A DNA stretch of 64,000 nucleotides from an uncultured Chitinophagales bacterium (GTDB lineage Bacteria; Bacteroidota; Bacteroidia; Chitinophagales; JABDMM01). Shown here one piece after another: positions 1-8,800 of the stretch (position 1 is the first letter of the stretch; each line of letters starts with the position of its first letter). The notes beneath the pieces are model-generated. The model saw nothing but the letters and a program-made list of their open reading frames with translations. It ran no database searches and was not told the origin of the DNA. The stretch is taken from positions 6,617-70,616 of the forward strand of contig CAXDOZ010000001.1 in assembly GCA_963991145.1 (NCBI GenBank), read 5' to 3'. The position numbers and the translations under genes are program-made.

Positions 1-470
1 TCAAAAAGCAGGATGATTATTGTTGAGCAAATAGTGCTTAATAAAACTTTTAAAAGGGTGTAAAGGGGATTATAGAAAGTTCCAATTTCCAGAAAGAAGT
101 AAGCCAAATGATGGAAAAGGCAACCAATTGAAACATACAAAACAAACCAACCCGGTCCCTGAATACGCATGTTTGGCTCATCCTCTAATTCATACTTTGT
201 ACTTGAGATCACATTGATCAGGAAAGGTCTGATAAAGGCAAGCAATGTGGTGGCGGCCGCATTTAAACCGTAAGTTCCGGTAAAGAGATCAATTGTCAAT
301 CCAGAAAAGAAACCCAGTAATAAGAGCTGCCACCTTGGAATATTAAATGGCAATAGAAGGATAAACATTGGGTAAACCAATGGATTAACCAGAGAGGCTA
401 AATTCACATTCTTCAGCATTAACACCTGAACCAGGGTCAGCAAAATGAAGCGAATAAGATTTATGACCAA
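1..470 (-). CDS. mreD: Rod shape-determining protein MreD (partial; the 3' end runs off the left window edge)
   Basis: Absent from the ORF track because it is open at the window edge and has no ATG at its start. The minus strand read from TTG 470-468 (alternative ATG 419-417) is uninterrupted and hydrophobic: 'LVINLIRFILLTLVQVLMLKNVNLASLVNPLVYPMFILLLPFNIPRWQLLLLGFFSGLTIDLFTGTYGLNAAATTLLAFIRPF...'. It starts 4 nt after the mreC stop and completes the mreB-mreC-mreD order. Confidence 0.75.
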   Translation of the reverse strand, partial: MVINLIRFILLTLVQVLMLKNVNLASLVNPLVYPMFILLLPFNIPRWQLLLLGFFSGLTIDLFTGTYGLNAAATTLLAFIRPFLINVISSTKYELEDEPNMRIQGPGWFVLYVSIGCLFHHLAYFFLEIGTFYNPLYTLLKVLLSTICSTIIILLF

Positions 471-474
471 TTGA

Positions 475-1314
475 TTATTCAATTCCCAATTCCTCCTCTA
501 GTTTATTCAATTCTTCAATCCGCAAATGGTCTACAACATAGACATAGGAAAGGGAATTAAAATTCATATTCAACCGAACATCAACTTCAACAAAATTGGT
601 TCCCTCCATTCTTCTAAAATCTTCCACATGTCCAATTGAAATATCAGCAGGGAAAATATTGGAGTAGCCATTTGTTACTACTTCATCTCCAATATCAATT
701 CTGGTTGATTTTGGAATATCGATCAATCGCACCAGTCCAATATCACTTCCATCCCAATTAAGGATTCCGTTTGCATTTTGCTCCTTTAGCTTGGCACTCA
801 AAGAAATGTTTTGGTGCAGCAAAGACATGGCTACCGAGTAATTCTTCGAAACATCTACCACAATACCGGCAATTCCATTATTGGTTACTACACCCATTTC
901 CTTATCGATACCATGCTTAGTCCCACGGTTAATAAAGAAATAGTTTGCAGTAGCATTTGTAGTGTTACTAATTACACTCGCTTCAATAAATTCAAAAACC
1001 TGCTGGAAATTCTCACTCAAAGAATCGTAGATCACTGTTCTTCTGATCCCATCATCAGTATAAGAGTTTGCAAGTTGCGAGCGCAGTCTTGCATTCTCAC
1101 TGAGAAGGCTGTCATTTACCTCTTGAAGATTGAAGTAGTTGACCATCCCTGAGTAGTTTTCATACACAGATCCAGTGACTCCATTCGCAGCATGAAGGAA
1201 TCTGGAACGATGGTAATTCTGATTTTGAACGATAAGAATCCCTGATACCACTTCCAGAAATACAAAAAGGAAGAAGGCATGATAGCGAATCAGAAATCTG
1301 AACAGTTCACGCAT
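475..1314 (-). CDS. mreC: Rod shape-determining protein MreC
   Basis: 279-aa ORF with an N-terminal TM segment 'YHAFFLFVFLEVVSGILIV', a coiled-coil stretch 'LLSENARLRSQLA' and a beta-rich C-terminal region. It lies directly downstream of mreB (20-nt gap). Confidence 0.9.
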   Translation of the reverse strand: MRELFRFLIRYHAFFLFVFLEVVSGILIVQNQNYHRSRFLHAANGVTGSVYENYSGMVNYFNLQEVNDSLLSENARLRSQLANSYTDDGIRRTVIYDSLSENFQQVFEFIEASVISNTTNATANYFFINRGTKHGIDKEMGVVTNNGIAGIVVDVSKNYSVAMSLLHQNISLSAKLKEQNANGILNWDGSDIGLVRLIDIPKSTRIDIGDEVVTNGYSNIFPADISIGHVEDFRRMEGTNFVEVDVRLNMNFNSLSYVYVVDHLRIEELNKLEEELGIE

Positions 1315-1334
1315 CCGCCGTGTGGGATTTTATT

Positions 1335-2360
1335 TTAACTGATCAAGAAGGTAAATCGGTCCATATTCTTCAGGGCAATTCCTGTCCCTCTTGCAACAGC
1401 GCGAAGAGGATCGTCTGCCACATGAACCGGCAACTTGGTCTTTTGAGAAATTCGCTTGTCTAATCCGCGAAGCAATGCTCCACCACCGGTTAAATAAAGA
1501 CCGGTCTTATAAATATCCGCCGCTAATTCCGGTGGAGTAGTCTCAAGTGCTTTCAGGATCGCTTCTTCGATCTTAGCAATAGACTTATCAATTGCATGCG
1601 CTACTTCAGAATAAGAAATGATGATCTGCTTTGGAATACCAGTCATCAGATCTCTACCATTTACTGGATAATCCTCTGGAGGAACTTCCAGGTCGGTAAG
1701 AGCAGACCCAATATTTATTTTGATTTGCTCAGCTGTTCTTTCCCCGATCAGCATGTTATGCTGACGGCGCATATAATCTACAATGTCATTTGTGAACTCA
1801 TCACCCGCAACTCTGATCGATTGATCGCAAACGATTCCACTTAAAGCGATCACAGCGATCTCAGTGGTACCTCCTCCAATATCAATGATCATGTTTCCTT
1901 CCGGCTCCTCAACGTCAATACCGATACCAATCGCGGCTGCCATTGGCTCCTGTATAAGCTTCACCTCTTTCCCTCCGGCCTGCTCGGCCGAATCAATAAC
2001 TGCTCTCTTTTCCACTTCTGTAATCCCCGAAGGAATACAGATCACCATTCTGTAAGAGGGAGGAAAAACAAAGTTCTTTCCCTTGTACATCATGCGCATC
2101 ATCCCCCTGATCATGTCCTCAGCAGCCTTGAAATCTGCGATTACTCCATCTTTTAGTGGCCTGATGGTCTTAATATTCTCGTGGGTCTTCTCGTGCATCT
2201 GCATCGCCTTTTGACCAACCGCGATCACTTTTTCAGTCCTGCGATCTATCGCCACAATGGAAGGCTCGTCCACAACAACCTTGTCATTTCTAACTACAAT
2301 AGTGTTTGCCGTCCCGAGGTCGATGGCTATTTCATGCGTGAGTAGGTTGAATAAACCCAT
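1335..2360 (-). CDS. mreB: Actin-like rod shape-determining protein MreB
   Basis: 341 aa with actin-fold phosphate and adenosine motifs 'IAIDLGTANTIVV', 'DIGGGTTEIAVI' and 'GLYLTGGGALLRGLD'. Confidence 0.98.
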   Translation of the reverse strand: MGLFNLLTHEIAIDLGTANTIVVRNDKVVVDEPSIVAIDRRTEKVIAVGQKAMQMHEKTHENIKTIRPLKDGVIADFKAAEDMIRGMMRMMYKGKNFVFPPSYRMVICIPSGITEVEKRAVIDSAEQAGGKEVKLIQEPMAAAIGIGIDVEEPEGNMIIDIGGGTTEIAVIALSGIVCDQSIRVAGDEFTNDIVDYMRRQHNMLIGERTAEQIKINIGSALTDLEVPPEDYPVNGRDLMTGIPKQIIISYSEVAHAIDKSIAKIEEAILKALETTPPELAADIYKTGLYLTGGGALLRGLDKRISQKTKLPVHVADDPLRAVARGTGIALKNMDRFTFLIS

Positions 2361-2482
2361 ATATCTTATTGGAAATTAATATGTTATGTAACTATTTCGG
2401 GGGTGTTATGCACTTCTGCTAAATATACGTTGCTTTAACTAAAAAGATGCTCTAAGGCCTAGGAATATTAGGCGTCAGGAAA

Positions 2483-4000
2483 TTAATGCTTAAAGTGACG
2501 AACTCCGGTAAACACCATTGCCATATCATGAGCATTGCAATAATCAATGCTATCCTGATCCTTTATTGATCCTCCAGGCTGAACTACCGCAGTTACTCCT
2601 TCACCATCTGCTATCTCTACGCAGTCAGGGAATGGGAAGAATGCATCAGATGCCATTACCGATCCCTGTAAGTCGAATCCAAATGATTTTGCCTTTGCTG
2701 CTGCCTGTCTCAAAGCATCAACTCTTGAGGTTTGCCCGCAGCCCATACCGATCATTTGTTGACCTTTTGCCAAAACAATTGTATTTGATTTCAAATGCTT
2801 CGCACACTTTAATGCGAATTCAAGATCTTTCAACTCTTCAGCATTAGCCTGGCGATTCGTTTTAGATTCAAAGTCAGCTGCACCTTCAATATTTTTATCC
2901 TGATCCTGACTCAAAACACCGTTTAGGAGACTCTTGAATTGCTTTGGAGGAAATTCAAACATCTTCTGGCGAAGTAGAATTCTATTCTTTTTCCCCTTCA
3001 GAATTTCCAAAGCATCTTCATCAAAATCTGGAGCGATCACAACCTCACAAAATAGCTTGTGGATCTCCTCAGCAGTTTCTGCATCAATTTTTCTGTTTGA
3101 GATCAATATCCCGCCGAAGGCGGAAACATTATCGCAAGCTAAGGCAGCCAAATAAGCGTCTTTCAATGTCGATCTCGTTGCGACACCGCAGGGATTGGTA
3201 TGCTTAAGAATGGCAAAACTTGTATCCTCAAACTCTGCGATCAGATGAACAGCCGCATCGATATCAACCAGGTTGTTATAGCTCAAAGCCTTGCCGTGAA
3301 GCTTGTCAAAAACCTGATCGAAGTCTCCGTAAAATGTTCCGGTCTGATGCGGGTTCTCTCCATATCTCAAACCATGTCCAATCATCTGACTTGACTTGAA
3401 AAAATTGAATGCCTGAGCCTGATTGAACCAGTTGAAAATTGCCGAGTCGTAATGAGAACTCACTCCAAAAGCATAGATGGCAAACTTTTGTCTAAGCTGA
3501 ATGTCAGCTCTGGCGCCATGCTCATTTAAGTGTTCAAGAACTTCAGCGTATTGAGATCGCTCTGAAACGATCCAGGTGTCTCTGTAATTCTTCGCAGCTG
3601 CGCGGATAAGTGAGATACCTCCAATATCGATCTTCTCAATTATTGCTTGTTCGTCGTCCGTGGTTTTTACAGTCTCTTCAAATGGATATAGGTCAACTAT
3701 GATCAGATCAATCTCCGGAATTCCGTACTCCATCATCTCTTTTACATCAGAAGCTTCGTGGCGACGACCAAGGATTCCACCAAAGATCTTTGGATGAAGA
3801 GTTTTTACTCGACCACCGAGAATAGATGGATACTCTGTGAGCCCTTCCACAGGTTTAACCGGAATTCCCAGATCCTCAATAAATTTTTGAGTTCCTCCGG
3901 TGGAGTATAACTCAACACCTTCTTTATGTAATTTTTGAACGATTGGCCCCAAGCCGTCTTTGTGAAAAACGGATATTAAGGCAGACTGCAGCTTTTTCAT
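2483..4000 (-). CDS. purH: Bifunctional AICAR formyltransferase / IMP cyclohydrolase PurH
   Basis: 505 aa. The N-terminal MGS-like domain begins 'ALISVFHKDGL'; also 'TLHPKIFGGILGRR' and a C-terminal AICARFT region ending 'MVFTGVRHFKH'. Confidence 0.97.
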   Translation of the reverse strand: MKKLQSALISVFHKDGLGPIVQKLHKEGVELYSTGGTQKFIEDLGIPVKPVEGLTEYPSILGGRVKTLHPKIFGGILGRRHEASDVKEMMEYGIPEIDLIIVDLYPFEETVKTTDDEQAIIEKIDIGGISLIRAAAKNYRDTWIVSERSQYAEVLEHLNEHGARADIQLRQKFAIYAFGVSSHYDSAIFNWFNQAQAFNFFKSSQMIGHGLRYGENPHQTGTFYGDFDQVFDKLHGKALSYNNLVDIDAAVHLIAEFEDTSFAILKHTNPCGVATRSTLKDAYLAALACDNVSAFGGILISNRKIDAETAEEIHKLFCEVVIAPDFDEDALEILKGKKNRILLRQKMFEFPPKQFKSLLNGVLSQDQDKNIEGAADFESKTNRQANAEELKDLEFALKCAKHLKSNTIVLAKGQQMIGMGCGQTSRVDALRQAAAKAKSFGFDLQGSVMASDAFFPFPDCVEIADGEGVTAVVQPGGSIKDQDSIDYCNAHDMAMVFTGVRHFKH

Positions 4001-4043
4001 ATTAGGGAGAGAATTTGCTGCAAAATTAAGGATTTACAAAGCT

Positions 4044-4631
4044 TTAATTATCGCTTTTGCGCACATCTGTTAGCAGCTTATCAATGACTCTTGGGAAGTG
4101 ATAATGTTCGAGTTTCAGAACCTTTGAAGCGATCTCTTCAGGACTATCATTTGGCAGAATTTCCACCTTCTCCTGGAGTATATGTTCACCCTCGTCATAG
4201 TGCTCATTTACAAAGTGTATCGTGATCCCACTTTCTTTTTCATTTTGGGCCTTAACGGCCCGATGGACATTGATACCGTACATTCCCTTCCCTCCATACT
4301 TTGGCAAAAGGGCAGGGTGAATATTGATGATCTGGTTTGGAAATGCCTCGATCAGTTTTGATGGGATCAGTTTTAAATAGCCGGCCAGAATTATCAGCTC
4401 AATATTTCTTTCACGTAGGTAAGCAATCAAATTCTCTGTATCTGGAAAATTCGTCTTATTGAGAATTACGGCTTCGATTCCCTCTTTCTCAGCTCTTTGT
4501 AAAACCCCTGCTTCTGCTCTGTTTGAAGCAATGAGATCTACATTGATATCATCGCGACCTTTAAAGTATTCGATTATCGCCTGGGCATTAGACCCGTTTC
4601 CCGAAGCAAAAATGGCAATGTTTGAGGGCAT
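4044..4631 (-). CDS. purN: Phosphoribosylglycinamide formyltransferase PurN
   Basis: 195 aa with 'IAIFASGNGSNAQAI' and the formyltransferase motif 'INIHPALLPKYGGKGMYG'. Confidence 0.95.
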   Translation of the reverse strand: MPSNIAIFASGNGSNAQAIIEYFKGRDDINVDLIASNRAEAGVLQRAEKEGIEAVILNKTNFPDTENLIAYLRERNIELIILAGYLKLIPSKLIEAFPNQIINIHPALLPKYGGKGMYGINVHRAVKAQNEKESGITIHFVNEHYDEGEHILQEKVEILPNDSPEEIASKVLKLEHYHFPRVIDKLLTDVRKSDN

Positions 4632-4715
4632 AGGGCAAAGGTAGAAGAACCTTCGAAGCGACTAAGAATAAATCTTCTTCAAGTTTCAAGATTTTCTTTA
4701 ACCTTGAATTGAAGA

Positions 4716-5852
4716 ATGAAAGTCCCCTTTTTAAAACTTCATAGATCTGAGAATGATAGTGCTGCTATTCAGGAAGCCCTTCAGAGCGGCTCTTTAGCTG
4801 GTGGAGGGGTTTTTTATGAGCGAGCTAAAGAACTTTTGTCCTCTAAATTTGGATTTAAGGACCTGATCTTAACTCAGAGCTGCACCTCCGCTCTGGAGTT
4901 TTCGGCAGAACTACTTGATATTAAGCCAGGTGATGAAGTAATTGTTCCTTCCTACGCCTATGTCTCCACTGCAGGGGCATTCGCAAATAAAGGGGCACGA
5001 TTAAGGTTTGCTGATAGCACAAGTGAGCATCCAAACATTGACCCCGATTCAGTAGCAGATCTTATTAGCGATCAGACCAAAGCTATTGTTGCTCTTCATT
5101 ATGGAGGTGACTCATGTGAGATGGATAAGCTAACAAGTCTGGCCAGTGAGCAGAATATTGCACTGGTTGAAGATGCGGCACATTGTATTGGCTCAAAGTG
5201 GAGGGATTCCTATTTGGGATCAATTGGCGATCTCGGAGCCTTGTCTTTTCAGGAAACAAAGAATGTAAGTTCCGGAGAGGGTGGGGCATTAATAATAAAT
5301 GATCCGGAGCTGATACAAAGATCAAGAGTCTACTCAGAGAAGGGAACTAATAGATCAGATTTCCTTGAAGGGAAGATTGATAGATACGACTGGGTTGGAA
5401 GAGGTACTTCTGTAAAACCTGGAGAATTGATTTGTGCCGCTCTTTGGTCTCAACTTACTGAGGTTGATCTTATAAACAGTAAAAGGAAGAGCATTTGTCA
5501 GACCTACTCTGATGAATTATCCGGATTAGAATCTTCCGGTAGAATCACAATACCAATGTCTTACACGGAATCTACTGGGAATGGACATATCTTCTCCATA
5601 GTCCTCAACTCCCTGGCCGAGCGTGATCAACTTATTAATTATTTAAGTTCAAATGGGATTCAGGCATTCTTTCATTACGGAGCATTACACAATAGTCCTT
5701 TTTCAAAGAAGGAATTTAATGAGGGAAATGACCTTAAGAATGCAGAGCGATTTGCAATTGGTCTCATACGACTTCCTGTCTATCCCTCTTTAACTGAGCA
5801 GGAACTTGAATACGTAATTGAAAAAGTAAAACTTGGAATTCCTAGCGGATAG
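4716..5852 (+). CDS. wecE: DegT/DnrJ/EryC1-family PLP aminotransferase, WecE-like (dTDP-4-keto-6-deoxyhexose 4-aminotransferase)
   Basis: 378 aa. It aligns along its length with E. coli WecE as I recall that sequence: 'LTQSCTSALEFSAELLDIKPGDEVIVPSYAYVSTAGAF', the PLP-lysine region 'SFQETKNVSSGEGGALIIND', and 'EKGTNRSDFLEGKIDRYDWVGRGTS'. Confidence 0.8.
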   Translation: MKVPFLKLHRSENDSAAIQEALQSGSLAGGGVFYERAKELLSSKFGFKDLILTQSCTSALEFSAELLDIKPGDEVIVPSYAYVSTAGAFANKGARLRFADSTSEHPNIDPDSVADLISDQTKAIVALHYGGDSCEMDKLTSLASEQNIALVEDAAHCIGSKWRDSYLGSIGDLGALSFQETKNVSSGEGGALIINDPELIQRSRVYSEKGTNRSDFLEGKIDRYDWVGRGTSVKPGELICAALWSQLTEVDLINSKRKSICQTYSDELSGLESSGRITIPMSYTESTGNGHIFSIVLNSLAERDQLINYLSSNGIQAFFHYGALHNSPFSKKEFNEGNDLKNAERFAIGLIRLPVYPSLTEQELEYVIEKVKLGIPSG

Positions 5853-8800
5853 TGAAAGTCTTCTTGATCGGTTTTGAATCTGTTTTAATTTCGAAGTAGT
5901 AGTTCCCACTTGCATATGGAAGAACTGACAATGAAAGTGAGTTTTGCCCCTCTTCTAAAATCACCCCTTTATTCTGATAGACCAATTCTCCGTAACTACT
6001 ATAGATTCTAATATCTACCTGTTGTGAGCTGCTAACTACCAGCTCCATATTTACCGTGGTGCTTGTCGGGCTCGGATAGGGCCCAATAACCTGAACGACA
6101 TCATCAGTTGCAATACAAATAGAGTTATTATCAAGAGTATTTTCTCCTCCTCCATTTACATTAATTGCTTCAATGCATAATGCTTCTGAGTTGGCATTTG
6201 TATTAACCAAAACTTCAGAGTTTAATTGATACATCATCTGTTGGCCAACATCCAGAAATCCACTCCACGATTCAACGATCCTTGTGTTCTCACCATATCT
6301 GACAACCAGATCTGCTGAAACTATTGGTGTAGTGGCCAGATTCAAAAGTCTAACAGAAGGAGATAATGCTGATAGATCTGCCCCTACGATTCTCTCGGAA
6401 TAAGTTAGATCATCCAATGCAAGGTCAATGTCCGGTACTTCGAGAGTTATGCTCTGATTCGACATACTCAGGCAACCTTGATCTGAAATGGTTTGAAGCT
6501 CAATTTCAAAACTTCCGTTTGATTGATATGTATGAGTTGGATTTTCATCATTACTACCTGAGCTTCCATCCCCGAAATCCCAATTGTACTGGTCCCCTCC
6601 ACTACTTTCATTGGTGAATTGAATTTGAATAGGGGCATTGCCAAACTGCGGTGAGAATGTGAATCCTGAAACTGGATTTGGATAGACATTAAATCTCTGT
6701 GATGCTGAATCAAAGCATCCACCTTCTGTACTTATTGAAAGTGAAATAGATTGGCTTCCCGTATCTGAAAGGAAAATTGAATCTATTGGCTTGGTAGAAA
6801 AATTGATCCCATTGTAAGCCCAAACCTGAGAAATGATTGGATCTTGAGGAGATAAGCTTTGATTTTCAAGAATTAGGTAATTGTCCAGACAAGCAGTGTC
6901 CAAGTTAAAAACTGCAGCAGGGGGAGCCGTAATTCCAACCGTATCAGTGATGGAGTTTACACAGCCAATAGCATTGGTTACAGTAAGAGTAACCTCGAAA
7001 TCTCCAATGGAAGGAAAACTATTGCTCGGGTTTTGAGTATTGTAAACTGAGCCATCTCCCATTACCCAATTCCAGGATACTATTGACAATGAATTTGTCT
7101 CATCAAAGAAGTTTGTAGTGGCCCCGATGCAGGTATTTTCAAATGAGAATTCCGGTATGAGAGATGGAAAGATCTCGATCCTTTGGGCAAATGTATCTGG
7201 GCAAGCTTTATCTGAAATTGTAACCAGCTCAATAGTGTCAAAACCTGTCCCTGAGAATGAATAATTGAGATTGGAATTTGTACCAACGAGCAATCCATTA
7301 CGATACCAAAAATTCTGACTGATAGTATCTGGTGCCTGAACACTGGAGAGATTTATGAATTCACTCTCAACATTGGCGCAGATTACGGAAGATTGGAATA
7401 ATGCAGTAGGACTTTGATTGACGGGTACAAATCCAATGAAATTATCCGAACATCCCGAGTCAGTAATAACAACTAAGCTAACCTGATAGGAACCTGCATT
7501 AGGAAAAATGAAGCTTGGATTTTGAATTGAAGAGCTATCTAATCCATCAAAATCCCATTGCCAGGTTATAATGTTTTCTCCTGGTCCAGCCGAGGACTGG
7601 TCATTAAATGAACTGGAGGTCCCAAGACAGGCGGTATCAAAAGTGAAAGAAGCATTTGGCTTGTTCCCTTTTACTCTTACAAAGGAGCTATCAATTCCAA
7701 GACATCCATTTATAGATGTGGCCTGAAGGAAATAAACTCCAGTGACACTAACCTCTGCACTTAATCCCGTGTCTCCAGTATTCCATAGAGTTGATTGGAC
7801 TTCACTTGTGTCACTTACTATGAAAATCCTATCTCCAGAACATAGTGTGGTATCTGGACCAATATCGACAGAGATAGCAAATGAGTCAATTCTCAATCTG
7901 GTGGTATCAAGCACTCTTCTGCAACCTTGCTGGTTCTTGATTTGAACATAATAATCTCCATCAATGGATGTCGTAATGGAGCTAGATGTATCTCCTATAT
8001 TCCATAAGAATGAGTACGGCCCTGTTGCTCCAGCAAAAATTCGAATTGAATCTCCAAGGCAAATTGAGGTGTCTGTAGTCTCAGGAAGAAGGTCTCCTCG
8101 TACAAGAACTGTATCTGATTTTATCAATCCAAAAACATCTATCACACTTACCCAGTACTTTCCATTTGCCTGTATTGTAATAGATTGACTTGTGTCTCCG
8201 GTAGACCAGAGATAGGACACAAAACCATCTGCTGCAGCCAGGACACTATCGCATAAATTATCCAGGTTAAGGTCCTTCCCAAGGCTTAAAATGGGCGAGA
8301 GTTGTTGATACTGCCATTTTGATAAGATCTCCCTCTTTTCAGGGTCTATGTGACCTTTTAAGATCAATAGATTGTAAAGACTCCCATTAAAGTACTGGTT
8401 TGTGTTATTGACTGTACTCCAACCAATTCTAAAATTGGATGTCGCTGACATTGCAGTAGCAGGAGAGTCAATGCCCTGCGATACTTCATTTATTACGAGC
8501 TCAATATTTCCCTGGCTGTCAACAATCCCATTTACCAGACTAACTTTTGTGCTGTCAATTCCAGATATAGAATTCACAGAACTGCCTGTTGTAGCATCTC
8601 GAAATTGCCATATCCCTGTACTTAAGGTTCTAAGCAGAAGACCTCCTCCAGATGAACTTCCATTATTGAATACTCCAAATAGGGAACCGTTCAATGAGTT
8701 CTGATCAGGAATAACAGAGCTATAGACTGCAATAGGGTCAGAGGCCGAACCATTAAAAGGCAAATTAAAAAACTGGGAAGAACCATCGAACTTTACTACT

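Noticed and set aside
2457-2473. Hairpin GCCTA-N7-TAGGC in the purH-mreB intergenic region as a purH terminator.
   Set aside because: The stem is 5 bp and AT-poor but short, and the T-run on the transcribed (minus) strand lies 11 nt downstream. It is not convincing. purH and mreB may be co-transcribed.
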